52,583 nucleotides of DNA, taken from positions 1 to 52,583 of the forward strand of contig MU619287.1 in the NCBI GenBank assembly GCA_025201805.1, written 5' to 3'. The translations under genes were made by a program, and so were the position numbers. The notes beneath the pieces are model-generated. The model saw nothing but the letters and a program-made list of their open reading frames with translations. It did no database searches and had not been told where the DNA came from. This document shows positions 12,061 through 24,544 of the stretch, in pieces; positions within the stretch are counted from its first letter, which is position 1; the number at the start of each line of letters is the position of its first letter. Source of the stretch: Parasitella parasitica NRRL 2501 (Eukaryota > Fungi > Mucoromycota).

Positions 12061-12699
12061 TCATAGTGCAGTGAAATAGGAATCCAAAGTGTTTGTACCC
12101 ATAAAGAGCTCATCATCGACTGACACCAGTAATTGAGACGGATAAACAGACAATCCACGATATAAAGTATGAACGGTTGGCTTTTGGTCTGCTGGTTCCT
12201 CTTCTGTCTGTTCATCTTGCTCTGGAAATGTAAAGGATTTTTCCTACAGTGGTGTTATTATTAAGCACCAGCATTATAGCCCATTGCGCCGTTTCTTTAC
12301 CATTTTGATTAGTGTTTGCTGCGAATTCCTTGTTGCAAATCTGTACAAGATGCGAAAGCCATCCTCTTGAACGATCTTTAGCTACCGAACCAAGTTGTGC
12401 AATAAACGTAGCTTACTGTGTATGACACGATTAGCCTCGGCATCCTTCTGCTTTCTGGCTGCAGACAAACCGTGCTCGGTAACCACCACATAACTCAATA
12501 TCACAGAATAAAGTTCTTTCAAAACTTGATCATGCAGCCCATGTTCATTATACCAATCTAACTTTTCCTTGGGAACGTACAAGACTACACGTAAAGCCTA
12601 TTGCTGTTACTGCTTTGCTGTGGCTCTATACACTGATATTCTTACTGTGTTTTCAGTAATAGCAAGGTGGAGAATCGTACGACTGTGTTTAATGACCAT
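12061..12699 (-). CDS. Small multi-exon hypothetical protein, weakly SLX4IP-like fungal family
   Basis: ATG at 12699. Spliced segments read MVIKHSRTILHLAITENT / ALRVVLYVPKEKLDWYNEHGLHDQVLKELY... / KDGFRILYRFATRNSQQTLIK / ...KPTVHTLYRGLSVYPSQLLVSVD...TAL-stop (12061). The last acceptor site is uncertain. Confidence 0.6.
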
Positions 12700-12833
12700 G
12701 TAGCTAATGAGAAAAAAAAAAAAAAAAAAGGAGAAACAACAAAACCGCTGGGCATCCCTTGGGTCATTTTTATGCCGCCACAATCGAGGGAAAAAAAAAA
12801 AGTACCTGTTCTTTTTGTTCTTATTTCATAACC

Positions 12834-14771
12834 ATGTCTGGCTCAGGCTCAGGGTCAGGCTCTTTCCCCAAATTGCAACATTCAGAATCTTTGCTATCAT
12901 TGAGAACTCGAAAAAGCAACCAAGATTTTAGCGTCTTGGCAGCAGAGAATCTAGGAAGAAAGGTGTCTCCACTTGTAGACGAAAGAGTCTTTGCAGCATC
13001 TGTTGCCGATAATTATGAAGAGCGTGATGAACTATTAGGACAAGGAAACAGCGAGGTAATAGAGATAGGAAATTACGACCAAGACTGGTCAGATGTAAGG
13101 GCAAAGGACCCTCGCAGAGGATGGCTTAAACGGGCTCATTGCACAAGAGTATGGATCAAGCCGCTAGGTTCTAGCATTTTTCTCAACATTGACTAATGCC
13201 TGTTTAGAAATGCTGGATGGGGTTGCTCTTGGTGCTATTTATTTTAGGCTTGTTTGGACTAGTAACCAAAGTCGCTATAAACGAGCTCAATAAGGATTCC
13301 ATTGCGAAAGCCCATCTATATTACAATGGCTCGGCCTATTTTGAGACAACTGTCATTTATGTATCCCTGGATGGCTTTAGAAACGATTATTTGGATAGAA
13401 AAGTTACACCAAACATCGACCTATTAGGTATATACATTTGTTCGATGCTAAACAAATCAGACATGGCTGACATTTGGTTGTAATCTTTTAGCTGAACAGG
13501 GAATCCGTGCTGAATATTTGATACCATCCTTTCCGGTAAGAACAAGCTTCCACATGTCGATAACATTCTAACAGCAAGCCAGTCAATTACCTTTCCAAAT
13601 CATTGGACTTTGGCTACCGGTCTCTATCCTGAGTCTCATGGCATTGTAGCAAATGAGTTTTACGATCCTGGTATGAAAGAAGAGTTTATACACAAAAAGC
13701 CATCTATCAGTGGTGATCCCAAGTGGTGGGGCGGTGAGCCTATATGGGTCACTAGTAAAAACCAAGGCAAGAAGTCTGCTGTCATAATGTGGCCTGGATC
13801 CAATGTGCCGATTCATCAAGTATCGCCTGACTATTACATTGCCTATACAAGAGAGACAACAGCTATTGATAAAATGGACATTGCGTTAGACTGGCTGGAT
13901 ATGCCCATCGATAAAAGACCGCAGTCTATTTCCATTTATATTCCCCAAGTAGATCAAAAGGGCCATGGTGGAGGACCTGAAGGAAAACAGGCAAGTTTTG
14001 TACGCAAAAAGACTGGGGGAAAAAAATTACTGATATATGTCTGCATCCACAGTTGAATTCAGTGTTAAAGAGCATGGACGACGCCTTGGGTCATCTAATG
14101 TCTGGTTTAGCTGAGCGAAACATAGACAAGCATGTGCATCTTGTAGTGGTATGTTTTCTGCAGTTGTCGTGTATAGCTTTTACAAATGGCTCATAAAGAA
14201 CTTGCAGGTCAGCGATCACGGCATGGCAGCGTCCGACAAATCCAGACTGATCTATTACGATGAGATTATATCTGCAGAGTCAGAATCCTACCTTCGCAAA
14301 CGAGAGGCATGGCCTTTGCTAGGCCTTCGTCCAAAAGATGACGCACCTGAATTTGCCCTAGATCAGATATATAGAGAAATCCGTGAATACATCAAGAAGA
14401 ACGAAGCCCCTCATTTTCAAGTTTACAAAAGGAAAGACATGCCAGCAAGATTTCATTACAATTCTACAGAGCGTATTGCACCCATCATCCTGATACCGGA
14501 TGTAGGATATTCCATCATTCACAGCACAGATTACAATCAAAATTCTGAAAAACCTTATAGTCCGAGAGGAATCCATGGCTATGACAACATGGCGCTGGAA
14601 ATGAGGGCAATTTTTGCTGCCAGAGGACCAAGCATCGAGGAGGCCTATATCCCAGGCACGGTAGTAAGCCCTTTCTATAATATTGAATTGTACAAGTTTT
14701 TGACGAATATACTTGATTTGAACTCTGCGCCCAACAATGCGACATTGAACGGTGTATTTAACAAGTTGTAA
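12834..14771 (+). CDS. Nucleotide pyrophosphatase/phosphodiesterase (type II membrane, alkaline phosphatase superfamily, NPP1-like)
   Basis: TM helix followed by [44 protein letters not shown], SDHGM and GIHGYDN across several short introns. Confidence 0.92.
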
Positions 14772-14930
14772 TACCACAATAATCAAAGAAGATAGATATT
14801 TTTAAAACCGCTAGAGTATCTTCAAATGTATGCTTAATTTATGGTGTGCAAAGAGTAGGTTTCGCGTCTATGCGTGCACCCGGATTTCGAACACAAATAG
14901 ACAAAAAGAATTTACCCAAGATATAATATA

Positions 14931-16391
14931 CTATGGTTTGACATACGTCTTTATTGACAAATTAATAAACTTCTTTCTTTTCAGCGCAATCTCTGAAGAA
15001 CTGAATTTTGTGATTAATCCATCCTTTACAATTTTGCTCAGAAACCTCATGAGTACTCTGTTTAATGTGCTCAAGCCTGATTTTCTTTCTTGGCCAAGGT
15101 TTTCAGCTTCGAGAAACATCCCTCAATAGGGTTGAGGAAAGGCGAATAAGGGGGGGTTACAGGGCACATGTGATGATTTGAGTTCTTGAAAAGCTCTTTT
15201 ACCACAGGTGCTTTGTGAATGGAAGCATTATCCATCACAAAAAAGCGGGAATCAGCATTGGAATCTTCCAGCTTCTTCATAATCCCGCTCACAAAATCCT
15301 TGAAGATCTCACCTGTTGTGCCTCCTTTGACTAACTTTAGCAAGACATCTTCAAAACCATGGTAGGAGATGCTTGCAAGAATTGACATGTTAATAGCTCG
15401 CTTCGTGGCATTTACAATTACGCTTGAAGAGCCTTGTCCGCGTACAAGATTGGCTTTGAATCCAGCGTCGTCTACAAAGGTACAATTGGTCTTGTAGGCG
15501 ATACCTCTTTCAGATAATCTATGGACAAGATAATCGTATTTTGGCTGAAATATTATCTCTAAGTAGCTTCAACAGGACTGATATAAACAACCATTCAAAT
15601 ATTTGGCAACTTCATCATTCCGGCCTGTTGCTGTTGTTGCTTTCAGTGTTGTTTGATCAGATCCTTTGTAAGTATACTTGTTGATATACTTAATTGCCTG
15701 GACACTGGCACATACTTCCACATTAATGTGAGCATTGTATTTTTTTGAGAGATAGGGATTGTATGGCACAATACATTCATTTGTCATCTCAAAGTCGTGA
15801 TACATGTCCTGCTCGTCTATGATGCGTACATGGTGTAAGCGACCATCTCTTCTTCTGCGATGCAGTGGATATCCATCATCAGTTACTATTGTTGACGGTT
15901 GGGTAATGCCTTGGAATTTTTTTTTGGAACACGCATCATTATCAAAAGTCTTCACGCTTCTACTGCCTTCATACGCTTCAGAGTAAATCCAAGGCCATTG
16001 ACAAGGTAATTCCACACACTAGTTGGAGATATGCCTTTACAAGGAAACTTCTGTTCCCATGCCTCCTTGAGCATATGAAGGTTCTGTGTGCAGTCGCCGT
16101 TCAAGAGCTTTTTGATGTGCTTTCCATGCTCACGCCCCAAATTTGTTGTCTCCTTTCTTCTTCTTCCTCTTGGCTTCTTCCCCACACGGCCTTTTGTATA
16201 CCAAAAAAAAACATGATATTTCTGACAGATGGGTTGGACAGTTGCTACAGTCGCGCAGCCTCTGAAGCAGTGACTGATCCATTTTCTGCAACTTATGTTC
16301 GATGACAAGCTGTTTAATGACGGTTGGAATATCTCCGTATGATTTTTCTTTTTTTGGCTCTTCTGTTTTTAGTTGATGAAATACAAGGCAT
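14931..16391 (-). pseudogene. Degenerate Tc1/mariner-IS630 (DDE) transposase
   Basis: N-terminal basic/HTH region (KKPRGRRRK...LGFTLKR), then TFVDDAGF, MDNASIHK and PPYSPFLNPIEGCFSKLK. Multiple frameshifts, and interrupted by a Helitron fragment. Confidence 0.85.
15550..15945 (-). mobile_element. Helitron Rep (HUH) domain fragment
   Basis: CSKK...DDGYPLHRRR, IVPYNPYLSKKYNAHINVEVC, AIKYINKYTYKGSD (catalytic-Tyr region) and a frameshifted YISPVEA are hallmark Helitron Rep motifs. Confidence 0.9.
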
Positions 16392-16983
16392 TTTATTTAG
16401 GAAACGTAAAATGGTTATGTGAAAGAGATTAGAAAGGTTATGATTAAGCTGAATGTTACGGTCCTGGTCAACATTTGCGTGTTTATGGTTGTCAATTTAT
16501 TCTCAGTGGCGCGCATTAACAAACCGCATTGAGTGCTTAGAACTTTGAACACTAACTCAACACTTGTATTTTTGCAAATACCGTAGATGGCTCAAATACT
16601 AGAGAACAAAGCATAGTGGCGACTTATTTAATTTACTAATAATTGACAAGACTAATTTCCAGTAATAATCTACTTGACAGGGTACGATCTATGGTTATAC
16701 AACAAGGGCTACTCGTCTTTGATCTGACAGTGCCTTGGCCTTTATTCTGGTGCACAGGATGCTTTGATAAATGTGTAAGCACTTGTGAATCAGTAGCGTT
16801 CGATGAAACCAAAGCTGAATATTAAGCTATGTTGCAAGAACAAAACAATTTACAAAACTTGAAAAACTTGGGATCTGATGTCATGGATTGATCTTTTTTT
16901 AGAGTGAAATGGCTGAACAAGATAATCTCTATTTATCAATTGGGGGGGGGGATACCTTTACTTTTTCTGATGTTGTCGACAGC

Positions 16984-17044
16984 GTTGTCGACAACGCATG
17001 ATAGCCAATGAGAAGCCGCCTTTTTCAAAAAAAAATCCAAAGGG
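16984..17044 (+). repeat. Dispersed ~60-bp repeat, copy A
   Basis: Core TAGCCAATGAGAAGCCGCCTTTTTCAAAAAA...CCAAAGGG, near-identical to 26216-26273. Confidence 0.85.
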
Positions 17045-18999
17045 TTGTTGTCGATGGTGTCGTTGGGAGTTGGTTCAAGAACCTCATGATGAAACTGTTG
17101 TTCATTTTTTTAATGTAGCATTCATGTCGGTTTAACCTTCCTTGTTATATCTTTGAAAAATAAAACAATGATTTCTTCTCGTTTCTTGATTTAGATAGCT
17201 TGGCCCTTGTGTAGCCTGCTTTATAGTACACTCCTTTTTCAAATCGAATGGCACAAATTGAAAAAAAAAAAAACAAAAAGTGTATGTATTATTAGATTTG
17301 GGGGTAATACAGTAATCACTGTCTAACAGTTTCATTCGTTTGAGTTATTGCGCCTTTGACCTCGATGTATAGGACTCATGTCGATCTCATTGATAGTTTC
17401 GTTGGATATTGTAGTAAAATTACGATTCTGCAAAGAGGCTTCAGTAGATGCTGCGGATGTATTTTCCATTTGCTCAGTGTTTGTTTCTCTATTAGAGTAA
17501 ATGACTTTGTTGTAAGCAGGTGGGGGAAGCACTTCAGAATATAAAGGCAGCGTGTAGTCAATTTCTTGGTTATATCGATGTACTGAGGGCTGGACTTCTC
17601 TTATGCGGCTTGAGTTGCTCCGATTTGAGCACTGCGTTGCCCTTTCCGTTTCTGCTATAGCAATTTCTGGATCAGCCAGTGGATCCTCGGTTTAAAAAAA
17701 CCAAAGCGTAACCCATGTGATGGTTGAAATGCAGAGAAAGAAAGATGTTGCGTTATAGATATCTTGTAGTATGTGTTATTTCGGGAGAATTTTATATAGG
17801 AAGACTAAAACTTACTGTATCTCTTGTCTGACATTGGCATGAAAAAGTTGAATTTTGACCTCAACGCAATTGCTGCAATTAGAGGAGTCAAAATGACCAA
17901 CATGAGTATCCTCATTGGGAGCTTTGGGATTTTTTCAATGTATCTGACAATTGCTAACGAAGCGACAGCCTCAGAAATGGTAGATGCTATTACGACATTA
18001 CTCTTTTTTTTTTTTTTTTCCTTTCATTAATACAGTTTCTTACTTGATTATAGGCTAAGCGGATAAATGTACTTTACCTGTATGATGTACATGTTATCTA
18101 ATGCTTGGTTTTCCGGCTTAAATCTGAAAACTTTAAAGTACATGTAAATACTACAGCTTGCAAAGTACCATGAGAGATAGACTTACTAATCTCTGTTCCG
18201 AACGTAGCCACCGAAAGGATCAATGTAATGTACGTTACTTCCCTAAACATGCTCGCTTTGATTCGCCTGCCAATAGATCGACAAATGCGCTTTTTCCAAG
18301 TTTTGGAATATATAGATATATATAGATATAGGTATAGATATAAACAAAAAGGAGAAGAACAGTGTAAATTTGGCTAATTGAGCAAAAGAGGGGAGTTCTC
18401 TCTTGCTTGTACATGCTATACAGTGTAACCGTGACACATTTGTATTATCATCAATGAACTCATGGTTTGCTTTAGCTTATATACGTATGTATGTTATTCA
18501 ATCGTTACCACAGAAGGAAACTAATCAACTGCGCATACGATTCTTTGATTATGATTAATATGCAGACCGATAGTGAAAATAAATCGTTTGTATCTCTTCA
18601 GGTTGAGCGTTTCTCAGTATCACCATATTAGAAAAGGTAATTTCCATAAAGTCTAGCCTTCTGTAATCATTTTTGCATTGTATTTTCCGTGTAACCGTGA
18701 GCTAATATTGTAGACTTATTTTAAAGCCTGACAGCTACATTTATGTTGAGCTTCTTTTCATACACTTTGTTGGTCGTTTGATACGAGAGAATGAAATATC
18801 ATTCTTTTGAGCAGTACATAAATAATTATCAGATCTGATTGTAATGAAAACATTAGCATAACTACCAAGCTTTACATAATGTTATGAAAAACTGTAATGA
18901 TATTGATTCAACAAGGAAATATATACTTTCCATCACAAAATTCGTATCGAATATCAGTTTTTGCTTATCAAAAACTTTTGCAATATCTCTCAGAACTTG

Positions 19000-19735
19000 C
19001 AGCGGTTTAATACTAGCGCAAACCATGTTCGTGGATGCCAGCAACAATGACTGGGGCTGCAGCTGGCAACATCATCGAGCCTACGATTACTTGGGAATGC
19101 AGTACAGTCGATCAATTTGAGAGAACTCAAAGCAGCTCAGATAGCTCTCAGGGCCTTCACCCTCCGGCAAACTCTACTGTACTTATACGAACAGACAACA
19201 CGACGAGCCTTTCTTACATCAAGCAGGCTGGCACACAATCCTCGCCTCTCTTGAAGCTTGCAACCAAAGTATGGACTTGGTTTATTCGATACAAAAAGAT
19301 GATACAACCACAGTACATCCAAGGGTACACAAGATGGTAGCGCATATGGAGTCCAGGGGAACTTGGACGATCAATCAACTTTGGGAACCGTTCTCGATAG
19401 ACCCTTTGCCGATCGCACGACAGCGTTATTACCAAGACACGTATCTTGGCTTCCTGATCCAGCCGCTACGCAAACAGATGCATTCACGCTTCTATGGACG
19501 AACTGGCAGAGCCATATCTGAACCCCCCCCCCCTGTGGGACTTAATCTCCCGCGCACTCCCTCTGGTGATTCTGGAAGCCCCTTACTGGCTGAGTGCTCA
19601 CTGGTTCCCTCTGGTACAATGACTGCCTCGTTCCTCTCCTTTGCTGGTACCCCCCCCCCACAAGCACAGACAACCTCTCCGGCAACACCCTATCCTCTAT
19701 TCCGTCATAAATAGAATCTATCCGTGTGGCAATTA
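19000..19735 (+). pseudogene. DIRS-type tyrosine-recombinase retrotransposon remnant (RNase H + methyltransferase-like domain)
   Basis: Frameshifted RNase H (DIRS1-type) segments FVDASNNDWG, SINLRELKAA, VLIRTDNTTSLSYI and VAHMESR. These are followed by FSIDP/FADRTTALLPRHVSWLPDPAATQTDAFTLLW, YLNPP and APYWLSAHWFP (DIRS MT domain). Confidence 0.85.
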
Positions 19736-21668
19736 TCAGGAATATAATGGGATCGCAGCATTTAAAAGGTTCAAGCTGCTGCGTCAACGTTCTCCACCTG
19801 TTGTTACTGTCAACTAATTCGTTTTCGTTGCATTGTGAGTTTATTTTCTTGTGTACAGATGAGCCTAGCGCTTTTGTTCTTTCCTTGGCTTCTTCTCGGG
19901 CACAAAGTCTAGGTGTTTCTTGGGACAATATCATGGTTTTGGGTAAGGGATTCCTCCAGCATGTTTGTCAATCATTACCAACATGATCAAATGGTGAGTG
20001 TCGACTTCAATATCTCTGGATTAGCATAATCACGTTTCTTTACGATATCTTTTTTTTTCCCCCTCCATTCTTTTGTTTATTATTTGACCGAGCTCAAATT
20101 CGATTGATAGTATCATATATAATCTTCTTTATTATGTTTTATACCTTTGAGTTGGCTTTAAAATGAAGTTTCAACAAGATTCTAGCATAGCCACTGTTTG
20201 CTCGTCTAGTCCAAGTATCAACTTGCTTAATGCATCTCAAATTGAAAAGGCACTTGATATTTTGCTTTTGCGCTGATATAACTTTTATCAACTCCTAGAT
20301 AACTGATTTCGTGAATCAGCCAAAACTTTTGATTTTAGAGCGATAAATGTACCAAGCCTCAAAAAAATTCAAGTTAAAAACGCCTAATAATCCTCACGTA
20401 ACCGTGCCATTAACGTTGCGGAAACATTCCCTATAGATATGCCAGTTATACAACAACCAAATTCTACGTACTCATGAAATTAATATCTTTTCTTTCAATT
20501 TGTTAATCACTGCCACTTGCAAAGTATATAATGCTAAACTTGTATCTCAATCGCTTGATGAAATTTTATACATGCTTAAAGTTAGAATTATAGATCAAAT
20601 CATAAAATTGTAGACGCTGATAACTTTTAACCCAATTACTTGACTATAAATGGATGAAAAAGGACCCCAACTAACTAAAAGTGGTCGCTTTAAAGTATAA
20701 ATAGTATGAAAGCTAGGGATTTCTACAATGATGCTGGAAGAAACTAAGAACAATCTAAAAACACTGTGCACACGAGGCCATGCTTAATCTAGAAACTTTA
20801 CTTTGCATTGATAAAGGCATAGTATCAAATTGCCAAGGTACTTTACCAGATATTTGTTAAATCAGCAACATCAAGTACAATCATATAGCTATCAATACGA
20901 ATGTAAAAAACATAACCATCCTTGTAAGCATCTAAATATCACTTTTTTTTATTTTATTTTATTATCATTATCTATTATTTTTTTTTCCCGCCAATTGGCA
21001 GGCTCAAAAGCGCTGTCAAAAGCGCTAATTAGGATTTTTTTCTTTTTTGGGGGGTCTTTGCGTTGATACACACAAACATAATCGATTTGGTCGATTATAT
21101 CCACCTGGTACTTGTCCACTTCACAACAAAGTTTTTCTGACTAGTTCTACCCAGTAATACTTTAATTTTATCGGCTTTATTAGCCACATCATTGTCTATT
21201 TCCTTTGCATGAATGCTTTTGTTGTTCATTTGAAACACTTGTCTAAATGGCAGCAATTTTATTTCTAAACCTATTTTGCAAGGAACTAAAGCATGCACAA
21301 AGGACAAGTACCAACAAAAGCTAAAAACTGCTTAAAGAGGTAAACGTACAACACTGTACAAATATTCCGCAAAAACGAAAGATTCATTTACATGCATGCC
21401 GATTTTTCATTGATCTCATCGGCAAATGCTAAATCAAGAAATGAGAAACCGCATGTCGCAAAGCGTGTAACCCAGATAATTGACAGCCTTTTTAAGGCTA
21501 TTTGTTTTGTTACATTAAAGACAGGAGTGATGGTGGTTTTGGGTGGTACAACAACAAGCTTAAACATCTGACAGAGAATTTTAGAAGAAAAAAAAAAAAA
21601 AAATACCAGAGCAAGCCCTTTCGATTTATTAGTATTATTAATATAAAAGTTAATGTATTACATGCATA

Positions 21669-22999
21669 TTAAGCAACCGTCATGCTAATGGCAATAGACG
21701 AGCTTGTATGATAAGGTTTTTGAGCTGTCGATCGATGCCAGTTTGTGTAGGCTTTGTTATGGTACCATTCGTCTGGTAATTGGTTGGCATAAGCATCATA
21801 TTTGGTTTTGCTGATATGATTCTCACGAGTGAACCAAGGTTGCAGAGACTTTAGCAAATCCAATCGATGGCCAGCTGCTGCTCGTGCAAATTCAGAGCAG
21901 CGTAAAAGTGGAGGATCAGTGGCTGTCGCAGTAGTACACATTTTCTGGTATCCCCAACCGAGAGGGATTGATTGGAAGTCGCTTTGAATTCTTCTAAAGC
22001 CTGCTACAGCCATAAAAGAGGGCAGCCGCTTAGAGATGAAAGGATCTTGCTGGCGATGATGGAATCCCTCTATCACTATTATATGTAAATTGAAAATACA
22101 TGTTAAATGATATCTATCAAGCACGCATAGTTTTGTTTATAATATGTACGTTTGTTTATCAGGAAATCTTCGTATGGCGATGTACTGTGTGTTTCAATAT
22201 CCTATGAAAACAAAAGCATTAGCTTGATAATTAAGTACAAGAATGTTCAATTTACAGGTTCAACCAGCTCGATCCAGCCTCCTGGCTTCAAAATTCTGAA
22301 AAACTCTTTAACTAAAGGCAGCCATGTGCTTTCTGATAAATCCCAGTTGAGATCTCGTTGGAAGATATAGTCAACAGAGTGGTCCATAAAGGGTAACTTG
22401 ACTATAGACTGGCTGATATCAAACAGTTTAAAGTGGCAGTTCTTGGGTTTGATATCATGGGGAAAAGACGGCTGTCTGTCAATGCCAATAAAGTGAGCAT
22501 GAGGGAACTGTGTTGCCATTTCCATGGTCCATGTGCCTGAGCCACATCCAATGTCGAGCACCACCACCTTGTTTGATTTCTGTCGATCGTTCAACGATAC
22601 AATGGGTGCAGAGTAATCAGCATCGAATGCCGTCCTTAGGATGTAGTGCTGAGATACCATGCGATCAATTTCTTGCAGATTGCTGGTAGACAGAATTTCG
22701 ATGGATGATGCCATTGAAGCTGAACGGCTCATACTGACACCAGAGTCATGAATTGCTTTGGAGAGGCTCTTGACCGACATCCTTGAGCTCAGTATTTGTT
22801 GGTTGCTAATATCAGTGTTTGTATTGGGACGGGTAAATTGTTGCGACCCTTCTTTCTCGGTTGCCAGCGGCGATGAGACTACTGCCTTGAATGGATGGTG
22901 GCTCTTTCGTTTTCGGCCGCAACCATGGATTATGTTTAGTATCGATCTTAGCATCCTGTTGTGTCTTTTACTAGAGGTGGACATGTCTGCTGTTGTCAT
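21669..22999 (-). CDS. Class I SAM-dependent methyltransferase (LaeA/Methyltransf_23-like)
   Basis: VLDIGCGSGTW motif I, FIGID, LPFMDHSVDYIFQR and FRILKPGGWIELVEP. Three exons with GT-AG introns. Confidence 0.9.
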
Positions 23000-23379
23000 T
23001 TGAAAAGAGTAGAGGGAAAAGAAAATAAAAAGTGATGGACAGGCTCAGAGTTTATATAGCAAGGTATCCACATTTGTTACACCAGTGAACAGCATGCTTG
23101 CCACACACTTTAGACATTATTATTCCCATATCTCTCCTTTGCAAAGTACTTTTTGCCGAGAAAGTGCTTGTACATTCCGTTGGGTGCGTGCACATGAGAT
23201 AGAGCTAAATTACTGAATAATCGACTTGATGAGTGTCGGTTTGTAGGACATGTATCTATTAGCATACAAGTCAGTCAGATCATGTAAGAAATAGGGGGGA
23301 GGTTACAATTACAAAATTTGAGGAGAACATGCTATTGTACCTCCATCAAAGCGCTGCCTAAATCTGGCTTTTGTATTCT

Positions 23380-23462
23380 CTTTTTTTTTTTTTTTTATTT
23401 TTTTTTTTTTTTTTTTTTTTTTTTTATTTTTTTTTTTTTTTTTTTTTTTATTTATTTTTTTA
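23380..23462. repeat. ~80-bp poly(dT:dA) tract
   Basis: Read directly; T run with a few A interruptions. Confidence 0.95.
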
Positions 23463-23600
23463 TTCGATTAACTGAATAAAATATATTTATGCGACAAGTT
23501 GTGTATGTGTGCGTATGTGCATGTTTTCTTTTTAGTTGATACGATATTCAATCACCCGATCATTATTATACTATTCATTCGCCCCAAATTACAGACTCAC

Positions 23601-24544
23601 TTATTCTCTATTTGACTCTTCAGATTGCTTGGATTCTTCCGATGGGTTAGAATATGATGGTGGGGGAGAACGGCTATAGTCTCTACGACGGGGAGAAGCA
23701 TTTCTAGGTGGTGGGCTTCGGCTGTAGCCTCTGGGAGCGGAACGGGGAGAGCGAGAATAGCTGCGGCCACGGCGATCCCCATAGGGAGATGGGGAGCGAG
23801 AATAGCTACGTCCTCGTCTGAAGCCATCTCTGCGGCGAGAGCTATATCTATCAGGGCTACGGCTGCGGGATCCGTATCCATCTCTCCCTCTATAAAAAAA
23901 AAGAAAAGAAAATCGCTGTTAGTGCCCAGTTTCAATTTCGTAAAATGCATATATTTTCTTGTCTTGAGATTTATACTTTTTTCGAAAGAGCTTGTGTCTC
24001 GCATTGAATTTGATAATAGCAAGTAAAAAAGAAATGTAAACTGGAGCAGCTTTCCGTATGAAATCAAGCAAGAAGAAAATGTATTTACCTTCTGCAATCA
24101 CGAGCGAAATGACCCTCTTCGCCACAGTTGTAACAGCCAGGATCATTGTGTCTGCGAGGAGTTCCCTTTGCCTCTTCGACCACAATACGTGTGCCGTCAA
24201 TGTCCTAATATTACACACATAAATACATATGGACATACACAGATATATTACACCCCCCCCCAAAAAAAATCCGATCCTTGTGTATGCTTCACTTACAAGA
24301 CCGTCGGTGTCTCTGATTGCATCATAGGCAGCTTCAGAATCTTCGAATTCAACAAAACCAAAGGCTACAAAACAACACATGCTTAACTTTTGAGATGAAA
24401 AAAAAACAAGTACTCATTACACTTACCGAAACGGCTTCCTCTCTTCAATTGGCAATTGGTAATTCTGCCGTATTTGTAGAAAATGTCTTCCAGATCTCTA
24501 TCATCGAAATTATACGTAGGTAAACGACCAACAAACAACATCAT
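23601..24544 (-). CDS. SR splicing factor, RRM + CCHC zinc knuckle + RS domain (SRSF7/9G8-like)
   Basis: RNP2 LFVGRL, RNP1 [10 protein letters not shown], knuckle [14 protein letters not shown] and an RS tail (RSRSPDRYS...RSYSRSP repeats). Four exons; the last intron is 23890-24088. Confidence 0.9.

Noticed and set aside
17132-17700. Short minus-strand ORFs, possibly a decayed gene
   Set aside because: Fragmented, with no identifiable family.
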